Below are positions 16,015-24,776 of a DNA stretch of 64,000 bases, piece after piece (positions within the stretch are counted from its first letter, which is position 1; each line of letters opens with the position of its first letter). Origin of the DNA: a bacterium. Its GTDB lineage: Bacteria > Patescibacteriota > Doudnabacteria > UBA920. The notes below the pieces were generated by a model that was given only the letters and a program-made list of their open reading frames with translations, had not been told where the DNA came from and did no database searches. The translations under genes were made by a program, and so were the position numbers. The stretch is taken from the NCBI GenBank assembly GCA_016699995.1, contig CP064996.1, positions 412,330 through 476,329 of the forward strand. Direction: 5' to 3'.

Positions 16015-16557
16015 ATGACCGAGCAGGATATTAGAAATTTGATTTTAGATGATAGTGAAATGATGAATGTGTTAAAGGCCGTGAAGGACCTGCGACTACC
16101 GGATTGCTGGATAGGAGCGGGTTTCGTAAGGAATAAAGTTTGGAACTACTTACATCAATATCCTAACGACCTTAATTCGTCCGACATTGATGTTGTTTAT
16201 TATAATGATCGTAACACCGATTCAGAGCAGGAAAAAGCTATCGAAAATGCTTTAGCTCAGAAAATCTCCAGCGATTGGTCTGTTACGAACCAGGCTCGAA
16301 TGCACACGGAAAATGGAGATGAGCAATATACGTCTACTGAGGATGCGATTAGCTATTGGCCAGAGACTGCTACTGCAGTCGCGGTACGGCTCGGCCAAAG
16401 CCATGAATTGGAGATTATTGCCCCGTATGGTTTAGACGATCTGCTTTCTATGATTATAAGAATGTCACCAAAATTTAAAGATCCTAACAAGTTCAAGCAG
16501 AGGCTATCAAGTAAGCGCTGGCAGGAGAGATGGCCACAAGTTACAATTATTAATTAG
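16015..16557 (+). CDS. small nucleotidyltransferase-family protein (about 180 aa stand-alone NTase)
   Basis: LPDCWIGAGFVRNKVWNYLH...SDIDVVYYND carries a G[GS]-x9-13-DhD nucleotidyltransferase signature. Confidence 0.5.
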   Translation: MTEQDIRNLILDDSEMMNVLKAVKDLRLPDCWIGAGFVRNKVWNYLHQYPNDLNSSDIDVVYYNDRNTDSEQEKAIENALAQKISSDWSVTNQARMHTENGDEQYTSTEDAISYWPETATAVAVRLGQSHELEIIAPYGLDDLLSMIIRMSPKFKDPNKFKQRLSSKRWQERWPQVTIIN

Positions 16558-16562
16558 ATTTT

Positions 16563-17153
16563 ATGAGTATAGAACAAAATCGATTCGGTGAACAATTTTC
16601 GGAACAAGAAAGTCGTCAGCAAAGATGGAATGAACTTACTGTGGAGATTGACCAAATAAAAGATCGTTTAGGTAAAGGGATAGACGAAGGTATTAAAGAA
16701 GCTGTCATTGGTCTTCGAGCTTTGGATGTGAACGTAACCCAATCATGTGAAGGTCATAATGATCACGGGACAGGCGGGCCTTACATCGACGTAGAGTCTG
16801 ATTTGAATACAGTCCATGAGAAAGTATTGGAGCCTATGTATGGCAACCTGGACGATAAGGAAACACAGCAGAAATTTGACGATTTGGTAGAAGAAATTAA
16901 TTATAATAATTTGCGCGAAAGAAAAAAGCTGATCGAATTACTAGATGAATTCTATACCGGGCGAGAGACTCCTTATGAAATACGGCTATCCGTGAGCCCA
17001 ATGGCAAGATCTTGGAGCCGGCTAGAAAATCAGGGCGTGGGGTTACAAACGATTGAAGAAGACGCTGAAAAAAAGAACTTGCGATTAAAAATGTTTAAGG
17101 CCGAAATGGACGATTTTAAAGAATTTTTAAAGAACAAATTTTTCCAAACCTAA
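16563..17153 (+). CDS. hypothetical protein, acidic coiled-coil-rich with an SCEGHNDHGTGG segment
   Basis: 6 nt after the NTase stop and 17 nt before the kinase, implying an operon. Confidence 0.45.
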   Translation: MSIEQNRFGEQFSEQESRQQRWNELTVEIDQIKDRLGKGIDEGIKEAVIGLRALDVNVTQSCEGHNDHGTGGPYIDVESDLNTVHEKVLEPMYGNLDDKETQQKFDDLVEEINYNNLRERKKLIELLDEFYTGRETPYEIRLSVSPMARSWSRLENQGVGLQTIEEDAEKKNLRLKMFKAEMDDFKEFLKNKFFQT

Positions 17154-17169
17154 TTGAACAAGCAAACTG

Positions 17170-17757
17170 ATGCCTAAACCTGTGATCATCTTAGTAAACG
17201 GTTTGCCGGCAACTGGCAAAACCACCATAGCGACGAAAATCGCCGGTCATTTGCAATGGCCGATTTTTCGCAAGGATGACATCAAAGAGCAGCTCGCAGA
17301 TAGATTAAATGAATTTAACCTCGAAAGTTCTCATCGTTTAGGATTAGTGTCGCGGGTTATGCTGCGATATATCACAGAACAGCTTTCCCGATCCAATTCA
17401 AATTTTATAATCGACTCCAATTTTTCCAACGGCGTTCAGACAGACGAGTTTATTAACATGATGAAAAACGCTCGCCACCGTATCATCGAGGTGTTCCTTC
17501 ACACGGACGGCGAAGTGCTCTATGAAAGATTTAGGGACCGAATTAAGGATCGGCATCCGATCCATTTAGAACACTTTCAGGGCTTTGAAGATTTTAGAGA
17601 AACTATCAGTAAAGGATCGCTGCAGCCATTGTCTTTAGACGGAATCGTTATTAGAGTCGATACAACCGATTTTAGTAAATTGGATGAAAGTAAATTGCTA
17701 GAGGAAATCAAGAATTCATTAAATAATATTTATGAACATAATAGCGATTGGATTTGA
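17170..17757 (+). CDS. P-loop kinase-like ATPase (AAA_33/zeta-toxin/Cpt-like fold)
   Basis: Walker A VIILVNGLPATGKTTIATKIA at the N-terminus. Small-molecule or polynucleotide kinase architecture of about 190 aa. Confidence 0.55.
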   Translation: MPKPVIILVNGLPATGKTTIATKIAGHLQWPIFRKDDIKEQLADRLNEFNLESSHRLGLVSRVMLRYITEQLSRSNSNFIIDSNFSNGVQTDEFINMMKNARHRIIEVFLHTDGEVLYERFRDRIKDRHPIHLEHFQGFEDFRETISKGSLQPLSLDGIVIRVDTTDFSKLDESKLLEEIKNSLNNIYEHNSDWI

Positions 17758-17968
17758 TTACGGTGGAGTTATTGGGCTGCATAAAAGAGATTGAAGGAAA
17801 GCGGCTATAAATTAGGGATGTTGAGTAATAACTCCAAAGAGAAAACAGTTCAGAGATTGGATTCACTCCTATCCTGTATTTAAACGTTCGACAGCTCGAA
17901 GCCAGGCTTAAAGAGTTGGGAATTTTTTAGCCCTATCTATATATCTCGACTACAGGTATGATATAGAT

Positions 17969-18355
17969 ATGTCGGCACTGCAAAAGGAGCAAATTTACGT
18001 AGAATTGCGCAAATATCATTTGGACGAACTTCCAGATTCTTTTGCTAATCCTAAGCTAAATGAACTACTAGCCGAGTACCGGCTGCTGGAAGACCAGTCG
18101 ATCAGCATGCTGCTTGGGTTGGTAAATGGAAAGTCAGAAATTGCAGACTTTTCCAATGACTACGAAAATTTCGCTGCTAAAATTGAAATGTTAAATGATG
18201 TAGAAGATAAAAATGATAAGCAGCATTTTCATTCCAAGCTGGAGAGCTTAAAATATATTATTTCTATGGCCCAAGCCGCATCCTTTACCATTAGGCCAGT
18301 AAGAAAAATTAAACAGTCCAGCAGAGCAGTCGTGACAAAGATCAATAAAAAATGA
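17969..18355 (+). CDS. hypothetical protein (128 aa)
   Basis: Track ORF followed by a terminator. No motif. Confidence 0.4.
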   Translation: MSALQKEQIYVELRKYHLDELPDSFANPKLNELLAEYRLLEDQSISMLLGLVNGKSEIADFSNDYENFAAKIEMLNDVEDKNDKQHFHSKLESLKYIISMAQAASFTIRPVRKIKQSSRAVVTKINKK

Positions 18356-18386
18356 AACCGCGTTGTAACTCAAAGCGGTTTTTTGT
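18355..18386 (+). terminator. rho-independent terminator
   Basis: AAACCGCG...GCGGTTTTTTG. Confidence 0.5.
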
Positions 18387-18398
18387 TATCCTGATTTT

Positions 18399-18941
18399 AT
18401 GAATTTAAATGAATTGTTTGAAAAGGCCATCGTGCACAGAGAGCAACATCAGTGTAGCGCTTATCCCTATGAAAGCTATGATAGACTTTTTGAGATTGTT
18501 ACCGTCGAAAATCCAGACCGTATACTGGAGATAGGCTCTGGCTGCGGTTTTAGCGCTTGCGTTATGATGCTGGCCAGCCCAAGATTGCAGCTGGATAGTA
18601 TAGAGAAAGACCCAGAGCACGTTAAAGCTGCGCGTCAATTTTTGCAGGAAAATTTAACTCCGCAGGCAGCAGGGCGTGTAAGGATTATTGAGGGTATCGC
18701 GGAAGAAGTTTTAGAAAGATTGACTGAAGGGTATGATTTAATTTTCTTTGATGGTTATCAGATCCATTATGAATTTTTACCTCATTACAAAAGGCTGCTT
18801 AAAGCCGGCGGGCTGTTGGTTTTAGGAAACACGCATTTGAGCAGTAAAACCAGTGATAATTTCTTTGCGGAATTAAGTAACGGCAAGGATGGGAAGATCA
18901 TGGACCGATTCGCAGAAACGATACTGGCCCGCCGCATATAA
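18399..18941 (+). CDS. class I SAM-dependent O-methyltransferase (family 3, YrrM/TrmR-like)
   Basis: Motif I ILEIGSGCGFSACVMM and motif II DLIFFDG. Confidence 0.65.
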   Translation: MNLNELFEKAIVHREQHQCSAYPYESYDRLFEIVTVENPDRILEIGSGCGFSACVMMLASPRLQLDSIEKDPEHVKAARQFLQENLTPQAAGRVRIIEGIAEEVLERLTEGYDLIFFDGYQIHYEFLPHYKRLLKAGGLLVLGNTHLSSKTSDNFFAELSNGKDGKIMDRFAETILARRI

Positions 18942-18987
18942 GATTTTCAAACTAAAAAAATTGTGATAATATAGATGAATCGTAGAT

Positions 18988-19689
18988 ATGAACTTAACAG
19001 ACAAGTTAAATCATTTAGCAATTATTCCCGATGGGAACCGAAGATGGGCGAAGGCTCGTCTTTTGTTACCCTGGAAAGGCCACATAGAAGGCGTGAAGCG
19101 CTTTTGGGAGTTAGCAGAAGCAGCAGCACAGATGGGTATTAAGTACCTGACTTTCTGGGCCGGTTCCTATGGCAACTTAGACAAGCGCAGTAAAGAAGAA
19201 GTAGATGTCTTATTTCAGCTTATGGCCGATGAGCTAGCCAAGCCAGAGTTGCTCGAAAAATTAGAAAAGAATAAAACCAGCTTAAAGGTCATAGGGGAGT
19301 GGGAATTATTTGCCCGGGATTCTAAGCTAAAAGACACCTTGCAGGGTATTGAAAACAAGACCACCGAAGGTGCGGAGTATCAATTAACCATTTTATTTGG
19401 TTACGATGGCCAGCGCGAAATGCTGGCTGCTGTTAAATCTCTCCAGCAATCGGGGCAAGAGGTTAACGCCGATAACTTACAGCAAAGCCTTTGGACCAAA
19501 GAATTGCCGGCCGTGGACCTAGTTATCCGCACCGGCGGTGAACCGCACTGGTCCGCGGGTTTCTTAATGTGGCAGACAGCTAACAGCCAATACTATTTTA
19601 CAGAAGATTTGTGGCCGGACTTTAAAGTGCCGCAATTAAAAACAGCGCTCGAAGATTTCGAGCGCCGCGAGCGGCGTTTGGGTAAATAA
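18988..19689 (+). CDS. uppS: undecaprenyl diphosphate synthase (cis-isoprenyl transferase)
   Basis: HLAIIPDGNRRWA, LTFWAGSYGNLDKRSKEEV and the C-terminal RRERRLG motif. Confidence 0.9.
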   Translation: MNLTDKLNHLAIIPDGNRRWAKARLLLPWKGHIEGVKRFWELAEAAAQMGIKYLTFWAGSYGNLDKRSKEEVDVLFQLMADELAKPELLEKLEKNKTSLKVIGEWELFARDSKLKDTLQGIENKTTEGAEYQLTILFGYDGQREMLAAVKSLQQSGQEVNADNLQQSLWTKELPAVDLVIRTGGEPHWSAGFLMWQTANSQYYFTEDLWPDFKVPQLKTALEDFERRERRLGK

Positions 19690-19720
19690 AAAATACGCAA
19701 CCTCAGTTGCGTATTTTTTA
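19689..19720 (+). terminator. rho-independent terminator after uppS
   Basis: ATACGCAAC-CTCA-GTTGCGTAT followed by TTTTTT. It abuts the 3' end of antisense rnpB. Confidence 0.7.
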
Positions 19721-19721
19721 T

Positions 19722-20077
19722 GCTTCAAGCAGACTCGTAAGCCGAATTTTGTTTTTAAGCGATAATCAATCTTGGCAGCTTGTTACCAAACTGCTCGTGC
19801 GCCCTACCAAATTTGGGCTTGCACTCAAGTAAGAATTTAGCCGTTTCATCCTCTGCATCTCTGCAGTGATTAATCCTCAAGCAAGCTTGTAGGATTCCTT
19901 TGCATTTCTGCGCCGGCGTCACTGTTCGCATCTCGTAAGTTACCTTAGACGGGTGTTACCCGCTACTAGTTGTTAAAAGCTCATATGATACCTTCAACGC
20001 GAGTGTTCGGACTTTCCTCTCTGGCCCTCAGCCTTGCGGCATAGTTCCAGAGTAATCGCTCGATCTGCTTAAAGCTC
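19722..20077 (-). ncRNA. rnpB: RNase P RNA, bacterial type A
   Basis: Minus-sense reading gives the P4 5' strand GAGGAAAGTCCGAACAC and the P4 3' strand ACAAAATTCGGCTTA. Also AGCGGGTAACACCCG and CAGTGACGCCGGCGCAGAAATGCAAAGG, matching E. coli CAGUGCAACAGAGAGCAAACCGCC. P1 pairs 5' GCUUUAAGCAGAU with 3' GUCUGCUUGAAGC. No ORF in the track across these 535 nt. Confidence 0.8.
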
Positions 20078-20081
20078 ATAA

Positions 20082-20110
20082 ATAATGCCATAGTTGAGGG
20101 GTTTTGTCAA
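20082..20110 (-). promoter_or_regulatory. candidate rnpB promoter (TTGACA-N17-CATTAT)
   Basis: Perfect -35 box 17 nt upstream of a -10-like hexamer. Predicted transcription start coincides with the P1 5' end. Confidence 0.5.
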
Positions 20111-20157
20111 TGTGGCTGCCAAGTAACCGCGGTTAATTCACTGTGAGACTAAAGTGG

Positions 20158-20186
20158 TGCCAAAGCCGGAAAAACAATGGTATAAT
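20158..20186 (+). promoter_or_regulatory. candidate promoter for the glycosyltransferase cluster (TGCCAA-N17-TATAAT)
   Basis: Consensus -10 box at 20181-20186. Confidence 0.4.
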
Positions 20187-20224
20187 TAGCATAAATTCAG
20201 TATTTATTAATCCTTTATATAACC

Positions 20225-21325
20225 TTGAAACAAAGTTCAGAAGTAGTCTTGGCACATGACTCATTTACCCAATATGGTGGCGCAGAGCGAGTAATGGGAG
20301 CAGTGGCAGAACTCTATCCAGAAAGCGAAATTTATACTTTAGCAACTGATCCGGTAATTACAAAGAATTTTCCCGATCGAGTTTTCAAACCGAGCCTGGT
20401 TCAGGTTTTTTATTCTATTATCCCAAAGCTGCAGTGGTGGTTTCCGTTAGCCCCAGTAGCTTTGCGGGTTATGAAGTTGCCGCCTGCAAAAGTTGTGGTC
20501 AGCAGCAGTTCGGCGTTTATGAAGGGGCTGCGCAAACCGAAAGGGAGTATTCATATTGATTACTGCCATACTCCCACCCGGTTTTTATGGAGCGATGCTG
20601 TTTATGCCGAAGGAGAAGTTCCAAAAATACTCCGCGGGGTGATGCGTTTGTATTTGCGCTGGCTGAGACGCTGGGATATTGCCGCCGCTAAGCGCGTTGA
20701 TTATTTTATTGCTAACTCTAAAGAAGTTCAAAATCGCATCCAAAAATATTACAAACGAGATAGCGAACTCATTTATCCGTTTATCGATGTGAACTTTTGG
20801 CAAAACTCCGCGCCTCGAGGCGAGTACTTTTTAATGGCCGGCCGCATTACTCCCTACAAGGGTTACGAAAAAATCATCACTATCTTTAACGAATTAAAAA
20901 TTCCATTACATGTAGTGGGCGAGGGTCGTTATTTGTCTTATTTAAAGACCATTGCTAAAGACAACATAATATTCATGGGCAAGGTTTCTGATGATGAATT
21001 GCGCAATCAGTATAGTGGCGCCAAAGCTTTTATCTATCCTCAAGTAGAAGATTTTGGATTAATGCCTTTGGAGGCAGCCAGCTGCGGCACTCCTACAATA
21101 GCTTTAGCAAAAGCAGGTAGCTTGGAAACAGTTGTATCTGGGGTAACTGGCGAGTTAATCGACGAATTCAATTTCAGTACTGTTTCGGATATTATTCAGC
21201 ACTGGCAGGGAGAGAAATATCAAAGCAACGCTATGCGTGAGCACGCATCAAAGTTCAGTAAGGAAATTTTTCAGGCCAAAATTTCCGACTTTGTTAACAA
21301 GGTGAAACATGAACATAACTATTGA
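20225..21325 (+). CDS. GT4-family glycosyltransferase
   Basis: N-terminal VVLAHDSFTQYGGAERV and C-terminal E..G..LE...CG.P motif (EDFGLMPLEAASCGTPTIA). TTG start. Confidence 0.8.
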   Translation: MKQSSEVVLAHDSFTQYGGAERVMGAVAELYPESEIYTLATDPVITKNFPDRVFKPSLVQVFYSIIPKLQWWFPLAPVALRVMKLPPAKVVVSSSSAFMKGLRKPKGSIHIDYCHTPTRFLWSDAVYAEGEVPKILRGVMRLYLRWLRRWDIAAAKRVDYFIANSKEVQNRIQKYYKRDSELIYPFIDVNFWQNSAPRGEYFLMAGRITPYKGYEKIITIFNELKIPLHVVGEGRYLSYLKTIAKDNIIFMGKVSDDELRNQYSGAKAFIYPQVEDFGLMPLEAASCGTPTIALAKAGSLETVVSGVTGELIDEFNFSTVSDIIQHWQGEKYQSNAMREHASKFSKEIFQAKISDFVNKVKHEHNY

Positions 21326-22424
21326 TCTTCGCAGTCTCCATACTAAAGAATTTAGCGGCGTTGAATATTTTTCTGAGCAAGTCATTCAGCATTTACTGCA
21401 ATTGGATAAGCAGAATCAATACCTGCTTTTTTATAACGGCTATAAAAAGAAAACCTTCGACCAGTTCCATTTTGTAAATGGCAAGTATAAGCAGACCCGC
21501 ATTCCTAACCGTTTGTTAAATTTAAGCTTTAAGTTTTTAGGCTGGCCAAAAATAGAGAACCTGACGAATAATAACCATGTTTTGTTGCTACCAAACCCAA
21601 CAATGGTCAGCATACATTCTGTAACTAAGCTAATCTTGGTGGTGCACGACCTGTCACCGGTATTGATGCCAGAAATGTATACGTTAAAATCCCAGTTATG
21701 GCATAAAATGATAAATATTCCCAAGCTAGCAAAGCGCGCAAACAGAATTCTGGCAGTATCGGAATACACCAAGCAGACTTTGGTCAGCGAATTTGGCATT
21801 AGTCCCGAAAAGATTTCTGTAGGATTATTGGGTATTGATAGTAATCGCTACCGTTACAACCAATCAATAGGCAATCTGCGCAATATTCGCAATGTATATG
21901 GCTTGCCAGGCGAATTCATACTGTTTATTGGCACGCTGGAGCCCCGCAAAAATTTGTCTCGTCTCATAAAAGCTTACGAAGCTTTGGATACCGAAGCGAG
22001 TTTGGTGATTGCAGGGAAAAAAGGCTGGCGTTACGCGGAAGTTATGCAGCTAATCGAATCCAGCCCAAAACGCAAACAGATTGTATACTTAGGCTATATT
22101 TCCGAAGAGCATAAGCCCGGCCTGATAAAATTAGCTAAAGTTTTTGCCTGGCCAAGCTTGTACGAAGGGTTTGGCCTGCCAGTGTTGGAGGCCATGGCCG
22201 TTGGAACCCCGGTGTTAACCTCTAATGTGACCTCATTGCCGGAGGTGGTCGGGGATAGCGCCATAACTGTGAATCCTTATAATATTACAGAGATCACCCA
22301 AGGCCTCAATGTTTTGTTAAATGATTCGGCTGTGCGCGAAAATTATATCGCAAAAGGCTTGGAACGTAGTCAAAAGTTTAATTGGGATAAGACAGCGCAA
22401 GTGCTGCACAGCTTACTGGCATAA
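21309..22424 (+). CDS. GT4/GT1-family glycosyltransferase
   Basis: [20 protein letters not shown] retaining-GT C-terminal motif. Overlaps the previous gene by 17 nt. Confidence 0.75.
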   Translation: MNITIDLRSLHTKEFSGVEYFSEQVIQHLLQLDKQNQYLLFYNGYKKKTFDQFHFVNGKYKQTRIPNRLLNLSFKFLGWPKIENLTNNNHVLLLPNPTMVSIHSVTKLILVVHDLSPVLMPEMYTLKSQLWHKMINIPKLAKRANRILAVSEYTKQTLVSEFGISPEKISVGLLGIDSNRYRYNQSIGNLRNIRNVYGLPGEFILFIGTLEPRKNLSRLIKAYEALDTEASLVIAGKKGWRYAEVMQLIESSPKRKQIVYLGYISEEHKPGLIKLAKVFAWPSLYEGFGLPVLEAMAVGTPVLTSNVTSLPEVVGDSAITVNPYNITEITQGLNVLLNDSAVRENYIAKGLERSQKFNWDKTAQVLHSLLA

Positions 22425-22437
22425 TTTTAATTTTAGA

Positions 22438-23646
22438 ATGAAAATAGGCTTTGATTTCAGAATGGGCGGGAGCATCAATGCCGGCATTGGCCGGTATAGT
22501 TTTGAGTTACTCAAAACCATGCTGGACCGTAGTACAAATGATGACTTCGTCGTCTTCTACAATGCCAACAATGTAAACACTGCAGATTTAGAGGAATTAC
22601 AAGCACGAGGGGCGGAATTGGTGGAGGCAAATTATCGCCACTATTCTTTTAGCGAACAGTTGTTTTTTCCGCGATTGCTTAAAGCTCATCATTTGGATAT
22701 AGTTCATTTTCCGAATTTTAATGTACCTTTGCTGTATAAGGGTGAGTATGTCGTTACCATTCATGACATGGTCCACCACAAAATTAGCGGCCATAAAAAG
22801 AGCCGGTATATAAAATTCTTGGCTTATAAATATATTATCGAACAGGCTGCCAAGCGAGCCAAGAAAATTATCACTGTCACCGAAGCCGCGAAAAAAGAAA
22901 TTATTGAATATTTAGGAACAGACCCGAATAAGATTGAAGTGACTTACGAAGCTCCCGCGCCAGTCGTTAAGAACCCCGGTGACTTTAACAGACTCAAAGA
23001 AAATTTTTTAATCAATGCCCCTTACCTGTTGTTTGTGGGCACTCTCGAACGTAAAAAGAATATCGTTAATCTATGCCTAGGTTTCGACAAGTTGTTGTCT
23101 AAATACAACTACAACTTAGATTTAGTTTTGGTAGGAAAAGTAGATAGTCATTATCCAGAAGTTAAAGAGCAGGCTCTGAGCATCAAACACCGCAACCGGC
23201 TCATTTTTACCGGTTATGTAAATAATAACGATCAGGCAAATTTTTACCAAAATGCGTTTGCATTTGTGACTGCTTCTTTGCATGAAGGCTTTGGCTTGCC
23301 GGGTTTAGAGGCCATGCAGTACGGTACTCCCGTACTGGCAGCCAATACCGAGGTTTTTAATGAGGTGTATGATGATGCCGCGATTTACTTTGACGGCTTA
23401 GATCCTGACGATATTGCTGATAAAATTAACTTGCTAGTTTCGGACCAGCCCTTCCACGAATCTATGCGCAAAAAATCGCTCAAGCGCGCAGCGATGTATT
23501 CTTGGGAAAGAACTGCCGACCAAACCTTAAAAATTTACAAAGATACTCAGTCGTTAATACCAATTCCAGATAAAAAACCGGAGTCGATTCCTCAGGTCGA
23601 GCCTCGTGCGCCCGAGTCTAAGGAGTATTCTCCAGAATTAGAATAA
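22438..23646 (+). CDS. GT4-family glycosyltransferase with C-terminal Pro/Glu-rich tail
   Basis: HEGFGLPGLEAMQYGTPVLAAN. Start MKIGFDF is chosen at 22438, not the frame-overlapping 22321. Confidence 0.75.
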   Translation: MKIGFDFRMGGSINAGIGRYSFELLKTMLDRSTNDDFVVFYNANNVNTADLEELQARGAELVEANYRHYSFSEQLFFPRLLKAHHLDIVHFPNFNVPLLYKGEYVVTIHDMVHHKISGHKKSRYIKFLAYKYIIEQAAKRAKKIITVTEAAKKEIIEYLGTDPNKIEVTYEAPAPVVKNPGDFNRLKENFLINAPYLLFVGTLERKKNIVNLCLGFDKLLSKYNYNLDLVLVGKVDSHYPEVKEQALSIKHRNRLIFTGYVNNNDQANFYQNAFAFVTASLHEGFGLPGLEAMQYGTPVLAANTEVFNEVYDDAAIYFDGLDPDDIADKINLLVSDQPFHESMRKKSLKRAAMYSWERTADQTLKIYKDTQSLIPIPDKKPESIPQVEPRAPESKEYSPELE

Positions 23647-24776
23647 TGTCTCATCCAACAAACCCAAAATACATTGCCATAGCCGGAGGCTTAACCGGCG
23701 GTCCAATTGCTCCGCTTCTAGCTGTTACCGATTACTGGCGGACGAAAGACGAACTGATCACTCCGGTTATTTTTGACGTGCGCAACAGCTTTGGAAAAAC
23801 TGTAGCTCAGCGTAGAAACATAAGGTTCTACAGCATAACTACTGGCAAACTTCGCCGCTATTGGACCATAAAAAATTTCCTTGCGCCTTTTTTGCTTTTG
23901 ATCGGCTTGATTCAATCTTTATATTACTTATCCAAGCTGCGCCCAAGGCTGGTATTAGGGGCCGGCGGTTTTGCCCAGCTGCCGGTAATGTACGCTGCTT
24001 GGATCTTGCGAATCCCGAGAGTGATTCATCAGCAAGATGTTTCTGTTACGCTTTCGAACCGGTTATGCACTCCGATCGCTAATTTGATTACAACCACCTT
24101 CGAAGGCTCGATCCGAGATTTCCCTCAGGGCAGCGGTTTAGGCAAAAAATATATCCAGGGCACAAAGGTGTATTGGACAGGCAATCCGGCCAGTCTTCCG
24201 GATAAGCATTCAAAATTCCCTGCGGACATTAAGTTAAATGGCGAACTGCCGGTATTGCTGGTTTTTGGGGGAGCTAGCGGAGCTGCTGCTTTGAATAAAA
24301 TAATTGCTGACGCTGTTCCGACTTTGAGCAGAGTGGTAGAAATCATCCATATCACCGGTCCGGGCAAGAATTTATTTAAGCCGGCAAAGAATTATCATCC
24401 AATAGAGATCTTAACCAGCATGAAGCCTGTTTACGAAGCAGTCGACGTGGTGCTAGGTAGAGCGGGGATTAACACACTCACGGAATTGGCAGAGTTTGGT
24501 AAGCCGGGTATAATTGTTCCGATGCCCGACACTCATCAAGAAGTTAATGCGGAGCTCATTTTCCGCAGCGGTTCGGCTATGGTACTGGACCAAAATTCAT
24601 TAAACGGCGATTTATTGGTTAAAGCCATCAGGAAGATTATTTTCGAGCCAGATCGTCAAAAGAAATACGTCACCAATTTAAGGAAGCTATTTAAGAGTAA
24701 TGCAGCGCGGGAAATTGTGTCTTTAATAGAACATACGGTTTTGCACAAGTCATCAAAACAGAATTATGCAAAATAA
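23646..24776 (+). CDS. murG: MurG-like GT28 glycosyltransferase
   Basis: N-terminal IAIAGGLTGGPIAPLLAV (compare GGTGGH.FPALA) and C-terminal VFGGASGAAALNKII...RAGINTLTELAEFGKPGIIVP. Sits upstream of murC-murB. Confidence 0.65.
   Translation: MSHPTNPKYIAIAGGLTGGPIAPLLAVTDYWRTKDELITPVIFDVRNSFGKTVAQRRNIRFYSITTGKLRRYWTIKNFLAPFLLLIGLIQSLYYLSKLRPRLVLGAGGFAQLPVMYAAWILRIPRVIHQQDVSVTLSNRLCTPIANLITTTFEGSIRDFPQGSGLGKKYIQGTKVYWTGNPASLPDKHSKFPADIKLNGELPVLLVFGGASGAAALNKIIADAVPTLSRVVEIIHITGPGKNLFKPAKNYHPIEILTSMKPVYEAVDVVLGRAGINTLTELAEFGKPGIIVPMPDTHQEVNAELIFRSGSAMVLDQNSLNGDLLVKAIRKIIFEPDRQKKYVTNLRKLFKSNAAREIVSLIEHTVLHKSSKQNYAK

Noticed and set aside
22321-22437. Upstream start of the third glycosyltransferase at 22321
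   Set aside because: Would overlap the preceding GT by 104 nt in another frame. The GT4 N-terminal motif starts at MKIGFDF (22438), right after the upstream stop.
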